From: Pirellulales bacterium
GTDB taxonomy: Bacteria; Planctomycetota; Planctomycetia; Pirellulales; UBA1268
Direction of reading: 5' to 3'
Assembly (NCBI GenBank): GCA_044369655.1
Contig: JBILWX010000003.1
Location: forward strand, 3,548-67,547
Length of the DNA: 64,000 nt
Within the stretch, counting starts at the first letter, position 1. Each line of letters starts with the position of its first letter. Of this stretch, positions 44,623 to 54,716 are shown one piece after another. The position numbers were made by a program, and so were the translations under genes. The notes below the pieces were generated by a model. That model saw only the letters and a list, made by a program, of their open reading frames with translations. It ran no database searches and was not told the origin of the DNA.

Positions 44623-46212
44623 TCAGGCCGTCCGCCGTCGCCGCAAGCTTTCGAGGGCGACGGCGATCGCCAGCCCGCCGCACAGGAGAGGAAACGTCTG
44701 GCCGATTCGACTGGCCAGCGTGCGGGTGTCGAGCAGCGGCACCTCCGCGACGAGCACGTCCTCCACGTGCAGCGGCAGCCGCGCGGGGATCGTGCCCAGT
44801 GGCGAGACCACGCAGGTCTCGCCCGTCGCGGCGCAGCGCAGCAGGCAGCGGCGGTTTTCCACGGCCCGCAGCTGCGCGAGCAGCCGGTGCTGACGCAGCG
44901 TGAGCGGCGCCTTGAACGACGAACCGTTGATGAGCGAGAGCAGCACGTTGGCCGCATTGTCGACGAGCGATTCGGCGGCGCCGGGCACCATGTCCTCGTA
45001 GCAGAGCATCACGCCCAGCCTCGCCTGGTCGCCCAGCCTGAGCACGGTCGCGTCGGGCCCGACGTCGAGATCGTCTTCCATCGGGAAATAGTGCCGCAGT
45101 TCCGGCATCCATTCGCTGCCCGGCACGTATTCGCCGAATGGCATCAGGTGCCGCTTGTGGTAGCAGCCGATGATCCGCTCCGTGCCATCGACCAGGATCG
45201 CGGACTGATAGATGTCGTTTGGCCGTTCGGGATAGCCTGAGTAGATCTTGCCGCCAAACAGGAGCGGGCAGGCGGGCTCGGCCAGCGGCCGCAGACCCCG
45301 CTGCGGCTCGCGCGACTCCGCGAAAATCCGCTCGGGATCGGAGAACGAGAGAAGCGATTCCGCATAGGAACCGCCGCTGCATTCGGGCCAGCAGAGCAGG
45401 TCGACGGGGCGGTCGCGGTCCGCGCACGCCTGCCGCGAGAGCCGTTGCAGGCCGGCGATCGAATCGTCGCGGCTGGGATCGACCTGCACGAGCGCCACGC
45501 GCATGGTCGGCGCCTCTGCGATCCGCGCCGACCACGACCGCAGGGCCCACGTTCCGTAGGTGAGGTTGGCGATGCAGACGACGACCGCGGCCACGCCCAC
45601 GGGCGTCCACGTCGGGCCGATGTCATTGGTCCCGCCCCGCCAGCGGCGGCGGATCATCTCCGCGGCGAGCACGATCGCGCCGGCATGGGCGTAGAGCACG
45701 AACGTGGCAGTCTCCGGGCCGAGCAGATCGACCGATTGGACGAGCACGGGCCAGGCGTTCTGGCTGTAGCCCAGCTTCCAGGGAAACACGCTCGTGACGA
45801 ACGACTCGGTCGCGACGGCGACGAGGGCCGCCGGCAGCCAGGCGTTGCGCGGATCGTCGACGGTGCGGCTGACGAACCAGAAGGGCAACGCCAGCCGCAT
45901 GGCATCCCAGAGAACGACCGGCACCGTGAAGGCCAGACCGATCCAATAGCTCGTCTGCATGGCGTTGGCGAGCACCTCGGGCGACCAGTGAAACGCCGTG
46001 CCCAGGCTCGCCACCGCCACGGCGAGCACGAGCGTTTCGCCGCGCCAGCCGCGCAGGTGCGACAGGCAGGCGAGCGCGGCCGCCACGCCCAGCCAGGAGC
46101 AGGGCACGAGCTCCTGCCAGAGCCACGGTGCCGCGACGAGCAGGGAAATCGCCGCCGCCCCCAGAGCGTCCTTCCAGGGGGAGCCCGATTGTTGCCGCAC
46201 GCACACGTTCAT
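44623..46212 (-). CDS. lnt: apolipoprotein N-acyltransferase
   Basis: Polytopic N-terminal half plus a CN-hydrolase domain with the E-K-C triad contexts WPECSG, HKRHLMPFGEY and MLCYEDM. ATG at 46212. Confidence 0.85.
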   Translation of the reverse strand: MNVCVRQQSGSPWKDALGAAAISLLVAAPWLWQELVPCSWLGVAAALACLSHLRGWRGETLVLAVAVASLGTAFHWSPEVLANAMQTSYWIGLAFTVPVVLWDAMRLALPFWFVSRTVDDPRNAWLPAALVAVATESFVTSVFPWKLGYSQNAWPVLVQSVDLLGPETATFVLYAHAGAIVLAAEMIRRRWRGGTNDIGPTWTPVGVAAVVVCIANLTYGTWALRSWSARIAEAPTMRVALVQVDPSRDDSIAGLQRLSRQACADRDRPVDLLCWPECSGGSYAESLLSFSDPERIFAESREPQRGLRPLAEPACPLLFGGKIYSGYPERPNDIYQSAILVDGTERIIGCYHKRHLMPFGEYVPGSEWMPELRHYFPMEDDLDVGPDATVLRLGDQARLGVMLCYEDMVPGAAESLVDNAANVLLSLINGSSFKAPLTLRQHRLLAQLRAVENRRCLLRCAATGETCVVSPLGTIPARLPLHVEDVLVAEVPLLDTRTLASRIGQTFPLLCGGLAIAVALESLRRRRTA

Positions 46213-46392
46213 ACTCCGGTTCTAATCACCGGCCGGACGGCGGACAAACGGCCGCTGGACAGACAACCGTCCGGCGAAGGCGAAAAACGAGCGAGCCGGA
46301 CAGTTCGGCGGGGCCGAGGGCCACGCACGAGCTGTCCGGCCCGTGATCTCGTTTTCTTCCCGTCGGCATCCGGCAGGGGGGCCGGACAAGGA

Positions 46393-46776
46393 CTAGAAAA
46401 TCTTCCCCGGCGGGGAGAACGTCAGCGTGGAGGTGGTCGCGTCGGCCGCGGCCAACAGATACACGAACTGACTCCTGGGGAAACTGAACGGCAGCGTTTG
46501 CGACACATCGCCAGCCTGGTTCTGAACGAAGGCCTGGGCTGCCCCCTTCTTGACCAGGAACTGGGCGATGCCGTTGCCAGCCACCGTCTTACCGCCGGCC
46601 GCCGTTGCCGTTCCGTTGATCGCATTCACGAGCGCCGGCGCGGTGCCGGTGTTCTTGATGCGAACCCTTTGGATTTGGGCCTTACTGGCACCGCGGTTTC
46701 CGCCGCCCGCCACTGCGGCATCGACTGAAAACGCCATGGCGACGACGGCCATGGCGACGAACGCACTGCGAATCAT
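46393..46776 (-). CDS. small secreted protein (127 aa)
   Basis: ATG at 46776 after an AGAGG SD. Signal peptide MIRSAFVAMAVVAMAFSVDAAVA. Lies downstream of, and co-oriented with, the DUF1559 gene. Confidence 0.55.
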   Translation of the reverse strand: MIRSAFVAMAVVAMAFSVDAAVAGGGNRGASKAQIQRVRIKNTGTAPALVNAINGTATAAGGKTVAGNGIAQFLVKKGAAQAFVQNQAGDVSQTLPFSFPRSQFVYLLAAADATTSTLTFSPPGKIF

Positions 46777-46916
46777 GGGAACCTCTCTTCGAAGAAACAA
46801 TCGGTCACGACCGTACGGGGTACGGCCGACTGCGGGTTGCCCCGCAATGTTGGTGAGCCAGGCTGCCCCGGCGTGTGATTTGTGGTGGTCCTCGTTGGCG
46901 GTCCCAGTTGGGGGTC

Positions 46917-47762
46917 CTAGTTGGGGGTTTGGGTTTCGCCGCCTGCGCGGGTGCAGATGGCGATCAGCACCCGCACGTCGACTCGCTCGTCGAGGAACGA
47001 CACATGGCCGTCGCCGTACAGGCTGTTGATGCCCCCGGTATGCAGACTCCGGAAGCCGTCGACGCTGGGGTCGTTGACGACCCGGGAGTTGAGCGGAAAG
47101 CAGTTGGTGCCACAGGCCCAGCAGGCGTCGCCGTGCGTGTGGGAGTCGGCCCCGGAAGTGTCCCGGTCGACCGCTTCCGCGACCAGCAGCGTGCGCGACA
47201 GGCCATCCGAGACCGAGGCTGCCGTCGCCGCGTGCCTGTATTCGGCGTCGGTGGCATAGAGAATCCCGCCGTGCTCGTCTCCCGGGGAGAGTGGAACGAT
47301 GGCCTCGCCCGTCGGCTTGATGTAGACGCCGAGGATGCCGCCGTAATCCTGTTTGCCGGGGAACTGCTTGATGGCAGTGGGGCAGACATACGTGGGGATG
47401 GTGATGTCGACCTTGGACAGATTGCCGGCGGGATCGTCCCACGGCTTGCTGTAGTCGATGCGGTCCGACACCGCCGACTGCTCGAGGAACGGCAGGATGA
47501 ACGACGACCAGGCATGGAGACGGCCGCCAAGCTGATCGTTGCCCGGCGGAAATCGTTTCTTCGCCTGCTCGTAGTTGCCCAGGGCCACCCCCATCTGCCG
47601 GAGATTGTTCGAGCACTGTGCCAGGCGGCCGGCTTCTCGAGCCCGTTGGATGGCGGGCAAAAGCAGTCCGATCAGCGTGCCCAGAATTGCCAGAACCGCC
47701 AGCAACTCGACGAGCGTAAAGCCGCTGCGACGGACCGGACGGGAGTGGAAGGGAGAGATCAT
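46917..47762 (-). CDS. DUF1559 protein with prepilin-type N-terminal cleavage/methylation domain
   Basis: GFTLVELLAVLAILGTLIGLLLPAIQRAREAGRLAQCSNNLRQ is the hallmark planctomycetal DUF1559 N-terminus. ATG at 47762. Confidence 0.9.
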   Translation of the reverse strand: MISPFHSRPVRRSGFTLVELLAVLAILGTLIGLLLPAIQRAREAGRLAQCSNNLRQMGVALGNYEQAKKRFPPGNDQLGGRLHAWSSFILPFLEQSAVSDRIDYSKPWDDPAGNLSKVDITIPTYVCPTAIKQFPGKQDYGGILGVYIKPTGEAIVPLSPGDEHGGILYATDAEYRHAATAASVSDGLSRTLLVAEAVDRDTSGADSHTHGDACWACGTNCFPLNSRVVNDPSVDGFRSLHTGGINSLYGDGHVSFLDERVDVRVLIAICTRAGGETQTPN

Positions 47763-48114
47763 GTCGAACCGAGGGGCGGAGGGTCGCCGGGAGTTCGGCG
47801 AAGGACCGTTATTGTGAGTCGTCGCAATGCCGAGTCAAGAAAATCGCCGGCCGCGATCCCAGACTGCACGAAAGGCTTTAAAAACGTGCTTTTCCCGGCC
47901 TGTTCGCGGGGGGTGTCGTCGCTGGACACAAGGGGATCGGCAGTCGAGTCGGACCGGGATCTCGCCGCCCTGGCGGCCGTTTGCGGCCGCCGTGGGCCGC
48001 CGTATGATCACGCCGCGAAACGCTCCGCTTCGAGAGACCGGCAGGGAGAGGCCTGCAGGCTCAAGGGCCAACGGGGCTTTGCCCCGACTGCCTCCCGCTG
48101 GAAAATCCATCACC

Positions 48115-49092
48115 ATGCATGTTCTCGTCACCGGCGGCGCGGGATTCATCGGCAGCCACATCGTCGATGGCTTGCTGGCGGCGGGCCATCGCGTGGCCGT
48201 GCTCGACGACCTCTCCAGTGGCGCGCGCGACAACCTGCCGCCCGGAGTGCCGCTGCATCTGTGCGATATCGTCGATCCGCAGGCGGTGGCGCGGGTGTTT
48301 GCCGACGAGCGGCCCGATGCCGTCTGCCATCAGGCGGCGCAGATGTCGGTGAGCCGGTCGGTTCGTGAACCGCTCTTCGACGCGCAGGTCAACTGCATCG
48401 GTCTGATCAATGTGCTGGAGGCTGCGGCCAGGCACGACTGCCGCCGGTTCGTCTTCGCCTCGAGCGGTGGAGTGCTCTACGGCGACGTCACGTCACCGGC
48501 GCCCGAGTCGACGCCCGCCAATCCCGTCAGCCCGTATGGGATTACCAAGTGGGTGGGGGAACGGTATCTGCAATTCTTCGCGGCAGAGCACCGCATGGCG
48601 ACGGTGGCGCTGCGGTATTCCAACGTCTACGGTCCGCGCCAAAACCCGCACGGCGAGGCGGGCGTGGTCGCGATTTTCTGCCGCAAGCTCTTGGCGGGCG
48701 AACCGGCGAGAATCAACGGCGACGGCCGCTACGTCCGCGACTATGTCTACGGTGCCGATGTCGCCAGGGCCAATGTGCTGGCGCTCACGGCCGACCGGCC
48801 CGAGTTGATCGCGGGCAGCCTCACGAGCCTCAATATCGGCACCGGCTTGGGGACGGATGTCAATGAACTCGAGGCCAAGATCCGCTCGGCGGTCGCCGCC
48901 GCGCTGGCCCGTCGGGGCCGCGTGGCACCACTGCCCGAGCCGGAGCATGGGCCGGCCCGGGCCGGCGACCTGCGTTCAAACCTCGTCGACGCCACGCTGG
49001 CCGGGCGAGTGCTCGGCTGGCGGCCGGCGGTTGCGCTCGACGAGGGGCTGGCGGCGACGGCGGAGTGGTTCGCCGCACGCGTCACCGCGTAG
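48115..49092 (+). CDS. NAD-dependent epimerase/dehydratase (GalE-like)
   Basis: ATG at 48115 ([15 protein letters not shown]). The catalytic YGITK motif (YxxxK) is present. Confidence 0.8.
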   Translation: MHVLVTGGAGFIGSHIVDGLLAAGHRVAVLDDLSSGARDNLPPGVPLHLCDIVDPQAVARVFADERPDAVCHQAAQMSVSRSVREPLFDAQVNCIGLINVLEAAARHDCRRFVFASSGGVLYGDVTSPAPESTPANPVSPYGITKWVGERYLQFFAAEHRMATVALRYSNVYGPRQNPHGEAGVVAIFCRKLLAGEPARINGDGRYVRDYVYGADVARANVLALTADRPELIAGSLTSLNIGTGLGTDVNELEAKIRSAVAAALARRGRVAPLPEPEHGPARAGDLRSNLVDATLAGRVLGWRPAVALDEGLAATAEWFAARVTA

Positions 49093-49094
49093 CC

Positions 49095-50108
49095 TCAGTC
49101 TGCCGACAGGCCGTCCAACGCCCCCGTCGCAAGCCGTTGCCTGAGCGACGGCGACTCCAGGTAGGGGGGAAAGCGATGGCTTTTTCCGATGATCGGAGCG
49201 GCGTCGATCTGGACGAATTCAATCTCCGGCGGCAACCAGCGGGCGGGCATGTTTTCGTGTCCGAGAGCCTCGGTTCGCAGGTTGGGATCGATGAATTTGA
49301 AGAATCGCAGCGCCTGGTCTTCGGTGTTGTTCAGCAGCGTCAGCCGGTCGATGCAGCGGAGCACCCGTCGATATTCACCGCACGGGGCCAGGGCGTCGTG
49401 GCGGACCGCCGATGCCACGAGCACCAGATGGAAGCGGGCCGGCCGATCGATCCAGGGCTGCAGGTCGGCGCGTCCCGATCGCTCAGCCCCGACGAGATGG
49501 TCGAGCGCTTCCAGCGCGATCAGCCCGCCGTAGCTGTACGACACGATCGCCACCGGCTGCTCGGGCGGCACCCTGCCCAGGAGCCATGCCAGGTAGTGGC
49601 CTTCGGTCATCGCCCGTTCGTATTTGGACCGGCTGTCCCGCAGCAGCAATCCTTCCTGGGAACTTGGCCACGAGAAGATCACCGTGCGGATCGGCGGACC
49701 ATCAGGTCGGCAGGTTTTGCTGCAGCGGGCCAATAGCAGCCCCTGCGACTTCGCCGAGCCGGCGTCGTAGCGGTTCCCGTGGATGAAAATCAGGAGCGGC
49801 CGGTGCGGTTCGGCGAGCAGGCTCGGCAGGTCAGACGGCCTCCAGCGGCACGCGCCGGCGTCGCCGACCAGCCGCTCCACGCCGAACGTCACGTTCGTCG
49901 GCACGCAGCCGATGTCAGGCAACCGCCGCGTGCTCACCACCCAGACGTCGTCTTCGTCGGCCGGTTCCGCCGGTGAAGCCGCCTCCGCAGGGATCGCCGC
50001 GTCGGCCGCCGGCGACGCCGGTAGCGGCGTCGGGAAGCAGCACGCCGCCGCCAACACTGCCAGAGCCAGAAAGGGATGGAAGGCAGCGAGCAGACGCAAG
50101 GCAGGCAC
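49095..50108 (-). CDS. secreted alpha/beta-hydrolase-like protein (DUF900-like)
   Basis: GTG start with a signal peptide (LRLLAAFHPFLALAVLAAA). LLIFIHGNRY and a VSYSYGG nucleophile-elbow-like block. Weak assignment. Confidence 0.45.
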   Translation of the reverse strand: MPALRLLAAFHPFLALAVLAAACCFPTPLPASPAADAAIPAEAASPAEPADEDDVWVVSTRRLPDIGCVPTNVTFGVERLVGDAGACRWRPSDLPSLLAEPHRPLLIFIHGNRYDAGSAKSQGLLLARCSKTCRPDGPPIRTVIFSWPSSQEGLLLRDSRSKYERAMTEGHYLAWLLGRVPPEQPVAIVSYSYGGLIALEALDHLVGAERSGRADLQPWIDRPARFHLVLVASAVRHDALAPCGEYRRVLRCIDRLTLLNNTEDQALRFFKFIDPNLRTEALGHENMPARWLPPEIEFVQIDAAPIIGKSHRFPPYLESPSLRQRLATGALDGLSAD

Positions 50109-50428
50109 CGAACCTGAGGGAGATCAGTCCGCGCCGCTACGAAGCGGCGTGTCATCGGCTGTTTTCAAGCCTAGCACGCGCTTCTTGGTGGCGGGCGGGG
50201 CCGATCGCGCGGGTATGGCGGTCATCGGCCCGCATATTCGCGCCCGGCGGTCGTCGTCGGCAAGGTCGGCACGTGGGGGGCGGAAGGGTGCAGAATTTTT
50301 TTGAAAGGGCGCGCTTGCATCCGACCGTGTGCCGGATCGTGAGCTAGGGTTTGAAGGCGTCGTCGTGGACGACGCATCATGTCTGACCGCGGGTTCTATC
50401 CGACGCGACGGTGGTGGAGATGCCAATC

Positions 50429-50731
50429 ATGTCCCGGTCCCTGTGCCTTGTGATCGCCCTCGGCAGCCTGGCGGCCGCCCCGGGGTGCAGCAGTTGCTTC
50501 GGTGGTGCGAATAGCTGCCGCCGACCCTCGTTCATGGAGTTTCGCTCTCCCTGCATGGGCGGCGCCGCTCCTTGTGCGGCGCCGCAGCCACAGCCCTGCC
50601 AGCCCGCCTGCGGTGCTCCCATGCATGCGCCGGCCTGCGGTCCGGCCTGCGGCCCGTGCGGGGAAGGTGGGGCGGTGATCTCGTCCCCCTCTTCAACGCC
50701 GATCGTGGGCGAGCCGGGAACATTCAGCTGA
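50429..50731 (+). CDS. small Cys/Pro-rich putative lipoprotein
   Basis: MSRSLCLVIALGSLAAAPGC is a lipobox-like signal. The mature part is rich in C-x-x-x-C / ACGP repeats. Starts possible at 50411 (GTG), 50420 or 50429. Confidence 0.45.
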   Translation: MSRSLCLVIALGSLAAAPGCSSCFGGANSCRRPSFMEFRSPCMGGAAPCAAPQPQPCQPACGAPMHAPACGPACGPCGEGGAVISSPSSTPIVGEPGTFS

Positions 50732-51033
50732 ACGGCGTCCGGTTTCGGCCGTCCGCCCCTCCGGTGATGCGCCGCTCTTGCCGGCCAAGCGTCGGGCAAG
50801 CAGCACGCAGTGTGCCTGCTCCCGATTCGAGCGGCTCGTCACCGGCGGGGCTGGCGTGAGCCGTCAGCGGAAGCAGTGTCGGCCAACTCCCTGGCAGAAG
50901 CGGGTCGACTCCGGAATCGCCCGTCATCCCGCCGACCGGGTGGCTCGGGCCAGGCCCGGAAACGTCGGGCTTTTTGGCAGCCCTCCCGCGGCTCGTATAC
51001 TCCCGGCTCCCGTTTCCCCACCACGGAGCCGTC

Positions 51034-52500
51034 ATGTTTGAGTCGCTCACCTCCTCGCTGTCGTCGGCCCTGAATTCTCTGCGGGGCCGCGGCAAGCTCA
51101 CCGAAGCGAACATGCGGGAGGGGCTGGCGGGTGTCCGCACCGCGCTTTTGGAGGCGGACGTCGCCTACGACGTCGTCGAGACGTTCCTCTCGCGAGTGGT
51201 CGAGGATGCGGTGGGGGCGAAGGTGCTCGAGTCGCTCGATCCGGCCCAGCAACTCGTCGGCATCGTGCATCAGGAACTGGTCAACCTCATGGGGCCGGTG
51301 GACCACTCGCTCCACCTGCAGCCGGGCAAGACCACCATCCTGATGCTCTGCGGCCTGCAGGGCTCGGGCAAGACGACCTCCTGCGGCAAGCTCGCCAAGC
51401 GGATCAAGCAGCAGGGGCAGGGCGTGATGCTCGTCGCCGCCGACCTCCAGCGCCCGGCGGCCATCGAGCAGCTCGCGGTGCTCGGTCGGCAGATCGGGGT
51501 GCCCGTGCACGTGCCGGACGGGGTCACCGACCCGATTGCCGTCTGCCGTGCCGGTGTGGCCCGCGCCCAAAAAGAGGGGATCTCGGTCGTCATTCTCGAC
51601 ACGGCCGGCCGGCTCTCGATCGACGAGCAGCTCATGCAGGAGCTCACGAAGATCGACCGCACCGTGGGGCCTGACCAGGTCTATCTCGTGGTCGACGCCA
51701 TGACCGGTCAGGACGCGGTGAGGAGCGCCAAGGCTTTCAACGAGGCGCTCGAACTCGACGGCGTGATCATGACCAAGCTCGACGGCGACGCCCGCGGCGG
51801 CGCCGCGCTCTCGGTGAAGAGCGTGACCGGCGTGCCGATCAAGTTCATCGGCACAGGCGAACAGATCGAGGCCCTCGAGGATTTCCATGCCGAGCGGATG
51901 GCGGGCCGCATCCTCGGCATGGGCGACGTCGTCACGCTGGTCGAGGAGGCGCAGCGGAAGTTCGACCAGGACGAGATGAAGCGGCAGGAGGAACGTCTCC
52001 GCGCGGGCGAATTCACGCTCGACGACTTCAAGAAGGTGCTGCTGCAGACCCGGCGCCTGGGCCCGATGGGCAAGGTGCTGGGCATGATCCCGGGCATGGG
52101 CGGCATGCAGGAGATGCTGGCCGGCGCCGATCTCGACAAGGACGTGAACCGGCTGTTCGGCATCATCGACGCCATGACGCCCGCCGAGCGGCGCAACCCG
52201 TCGCGGGTGGTCGATCAGTCACGCCGCCGTCGGATCGCCGCCGGGGCCGGGGTCGATCCGCACGAGGTGGGTGATCTCGTGAAGCAGTTCGACGGCATGA
52301 GCGCGATGATGAAGGGCATGGCGGGACTCGGCATGCGGGATCGTCTCCGTGAAGTGCAGCGGCTGCAGGCGCAGATGACCAATCCCGCGGCGCGGCTCGG
52401 CCGACCGAAGGGCGACACGGGCAAGCGGCTCACCGCCGAGGAGCGGCGGAAGCAGAAAAAGCAACGTGAAAAAGAAGCCCGCCGCAAGAAGCGCGGATAG
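51034..52500 (+). CDS. ffh: signal recognition particle protein
   Basis: ATG at 51034 after a GGAG SD. G-domain motifs [20 protein letters not shown] and [10 protein letters not shown]. Met-rich M domain and a basic tail. Confidence 0.95.
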   Translation: MFESLTSSLSSALNSLRGRGKLTEANMREGLAGVRTALLEADVAYDVVETFLSRVVEDAVGAKVLESLDPAQQLVGIVHQELVNLMGPVDHSLHLQPGKTTILMLCGLQGSGKTTSCGKLAKRIKQQGQGVMLVAADLQRPAAIEQLAVLGRQIGVPVHVPDGVTDPIAVCRAGVARAQKEGISVVILDTAGRLSIDEQLMQELTKIDRTVGPDQVYLVVDAMTGQDAVRSAKAFNEALELDGVIMTKLDGDARGGAALSVKSVTGVPIKFIGTGEQIEALEDFHAERMAGRILGMGDVVTLVEEAQRKFDQDEMKRQEERLRAGEFTLDDFKKVLLQTRRLGPMGKVLGMIPGMGGMQEMLAGADLDKDVNRLFGIIDAMTPAERRNPSRVVDQSRRRRIAAGAGVDPHEVGDLVKQFDGMSAMMKGMAGLGMRDRLREVQRLQAQMTNPAARLGRPKGDTGKRLTAEERRKQKKQREKEARRKKRG

Positions 52501-52693
52501 CTCGCGGCCGGCTTGGATGCACGGTGAGTGCCCATGCAAGCCCGAATCGCGAGCGAGGGAAATCCGGCGCCGCGGCGGCGGCGAATTGCGTAAAAACACG
52601 GGAAAAACCGGGGCCTGGAAGGTGGGCTTGGGTTCCGGCGCCGGTCGGGTACGCTAAGGGGCTCGATCAATCCTTTCCGAGGAGACTCTGAAC

Positions 52694-53161
52694 GTGGCTG
52701 TGGCGATTCGAATGAAGCGAATGGGCCGGAAGAACCGTGCCTTCTACAGGATCTGTGCGACCGACCGGCGGAGCCCGCGGGACGGCCGTGTGATCGAGGT
52801 GCTCGGCACCTACGATCCGTCCGTTCCCGATACCGACGCCCGCTGCCTGCTCGACAATGAGCGGGTGGCCTACTGGCTCGGCGTTGGCGCCCAGCCGAGC
52901 GATGCCGTGCGCGTGCTCATCAAGAAGTACGGCACGAATGGCACCCGGTTGAAGGAGATGGAGCAGGCCCGCGCCAAGCTGTCCATGCCCAAGGTCGTGC
53001 CCGAAGCAGGTGAGCCGGTGTTCATCCCCGAGCCGAAGGCGGAACCCGTTGCAGCGGCGCCGGCCGCTGCCGCTTCCGAGGTGGTGGCGGATGCCCCGGC
53101 GGCCGAAGCGTCCAGCCCCGCGGCCGAAGCCGGTGGGGAATCGCAGCCAGAGCAAGCCTGA
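52694..53161 (+). CDS. rpsP: 30S ribosomal protein S16 (with Ala/Pro/Glu-rich C-terminal extension)
   Basis: GTG start. [19 protein letters not shown] matches the S16 N-terminus. Confidence 0.9.
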   Translation: MAVAIRMKRMGRKNRAFYRICATDRRSPRDGRVIEVLGTYDPSVPDTDARCLLDNERVAYWLGVGAQPSDAVRVLIKKYGTNGTRLKEMEQARAKLSMPKVVPEAGEPVFIPEPKAEPVAAAPAAAASEVVADAPAAEASSPAAEAGGESQPEQA

Positions 53162-53180
53162 TAATGCCTCTGCCGATCCC

Positions 53181-53876
53181 ATGCGCATCGACATCCTCAC
53201 TCTGTTCCCCGAGATGTTCGCGGGCTTCCTCGATGGAAGCCTGCTCGGTGAGGCGCGCCGTTCGCGGCTGATCGATGTCTGCCTGACGAATATCCGCGAC
53301 TTCGCCGAGGGCGTGCATCGGCAGGTGGATGACAGGCCCTACGGTGGCGGGCCCGGCATGCTGCTGATGCCCGGGCCGGTCGTGTCGTGCGTCGAGGCGG
53401 TGCAGCAGCAGGCCGATGCCCCCGGCCATCTCGTGATGCTGACGCCCGGCGGGCGGCGGTTGGATCAGGCTGGAGTCGAGGAGCTTGCCCGCAAGCAGCG
53501 GCTCGTGCTGGTGTGCGGCCGCTACGAGGGCTTCGACGACCGTGTCCGCGAAACGCTCAAGCCTGACGAGATCTCCATCGGCGACTACGTGCTCTCCGGC
53601 GGCGAGGTGGCGGCGATGGTGATCGTCGACGCGGTCGCCCGTCTGCTTCCCGGCGTGCTCGGCGACGAGGAGAGTGCCCGTCAGGATTCCTTCTCCGGCG
53701 CCGAGCGCCTGGTGGAAGGCCCCCAATACACCCGGCCGCGTGAGTTTCGCGGCCTGCGCGTGCCCGACGTGCTGTTGTCGGGCGACCATGGCCGGATCGC
53801 AACATGGCGGCACGAACAAGCCGTCGATGCGACCCGTCGCCGTGTCCCAGCCACCGTTTCCCCCAACCGTTCCTGA
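53181..53876 (+). CDS. trmD: tRNA (guanine37-N1)-methyltransferase
   Basis: [30 protein letters not shown] and [14 protein letters not shown] at 53181. Confidence 0.95.
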   Translation: MRIDILTLFPEMFAGFLDGSLLGEARRSRLIDVCLTNIRDFAEGVHRQVDDRPYGGGPGMLLMPGPVVSCVEAVQQQADAPGHLVMLTPGGRRLDQAGVEELARKQRLVLVCGRYEGFDDRVRETLKPDEISIGDYVLSGGEVAAMVIVDAVARLLPGVLGDEESARQDSFSGAERLVEGPQYTRPREFRGLRVPDVLLSGDHGRIATWRHEQAVDATRRRVPATVSPNRS

Positions 53877-53886
53877 AGGAGCCGTC

Positions 53887-54294
53887 GTGAGCCAGAAGAT
53901 CCTCGCCAAGGTCGAAGCCTCCAGCCTCAAGTCGGAGGTGCCCCAGTTCGCCATCGGCGATACCGTCGACGTGCACACGCGCATCCTCGAAGGTGAGAAG
54001 GAGCGGGTTCAGATTTTCAACGGCGTGGTCATCGCCAGAGCCGGGTCGGGCAGTCGTGAGACCTTCACCGTCCGGCGGATCGTGGCGGGCGAGGGTGTCG
54101 AGCGAAAGTTTCCGATCCACTCACCGAAGATCGCCAAGGTCGAGGTGAAGCGATCGGGCGTGTCGCGGCGGGCCAAGCTTTACTACCTCCGCGATCGCGT
54201 CGGCAAGTCGGTGCGTCTCCGCGAGAAGCGCGACGACGTCGCCGAGGCGACGGCGAAGAAGACGGCTGGCAAGAAGGCGGCCGCCAAGGCCTGA
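53887..54294 (+). CDS. rplS: 50S ribosomal protein L19
   Basis: GTG at 53887, 5 nt after an AAGGAG SD. FAIGDTVDVHTRI.EG.KERVQ.F.GVVIA is the L19 pattern. Confidence 0.9.
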   Translation: MSQKILAKVEASSLKSEVPQFAIGDTVDVHTRILEGEKERVQIFNGVVIARAGSGSRETFTVRRIVAGEGVERKFPIHSPKIAKVEVKRSGVSRRAKLYYLRDRVGKSVRLREKRDDVAEATAKKTAGKKAAAKA

Positions 54295-54320
54295 CGAGCG
54301 TCGTCGCTCCGGTGGGTGGA

Positions 54321-54701
54321 ATGACATCGCCTGATCCACGGCACACGCTGGGCCGGCGCGGCGAGGCTGAGGCCGAACAGTTCCTCCGGGGTTTGGGCTA
54401 CCGGATCGTAGGCCGCCGGGAGCGGGTGCTCCGCGGCGACATCGATCTGGTGGCCCTCGACGGCCGCACGGTGGTGTTCGTCGAGGTGCGGTCGCGAAGC
54501 GACACCGCGCACGGGCATCCGGCCGAGACCGTCGGCTTGCAGAAGCAGCGGCGGATCGCCGAACTCGCCACCGCCTACATCCGCCGACACCGGCTCGAGG
54601 ACTGCCAGGTGCGGATCGACGTCGTGACCGTCACCTTCGGCAACGCCGGCTCCCGGCCGGTCGTCGAGCATTTTCAGAATGCCTTCGACAGCCCCTGGTA
54701 G
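54321..54701 (+). CDS. yraN: YraN-family (UPF0102) endonuclease-like protein
   Basis: GEAEAEQFL..GYRIV..GDIDLVA..VVFVEVRSR. Start at ATG 54321 or GTG 54312. Confidence 0.85.
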   Translation: MTSPDPRHTLGRRGEAEAEQFLRGLGYRIVGRRERVLRGDIDLVALDGRTVVFVEVRSRSDTAHGHPAETVGLQKQRRIAELATAYIRRHRLEDCQVRIDVVTVTFGNAGSRPVVEHFQNAFDSPW

Positions 54702-54716
54702 GCGGAAAATCGGCGC

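Noticed and set aside
43305-45610. Long antisense ORFs (43305..44957, 44129..45610) across gmd2 and lnt
   Set aside because: They are Arg/Pro/Ala-rich shadow frames. The opposite-strand genes have unambiguous family motifs.
46295-46340. Inverted repeat gccggacag..(28 nt)..ctgtccggc followed by a T-rich stretch upstream of lnt
   Set aside because: The loop is too large for a convincing intrinsic terminator, and the orientation relative to the flanking minus-strand genes is ambiguous.
53161-53181. Absence of rimM between rpsP and trmD
   Set aside because: This is probably a lineage-specific operon arrangement. It cannot be evaluated without the rest of the genome, and I judged it not unusual enough to report.
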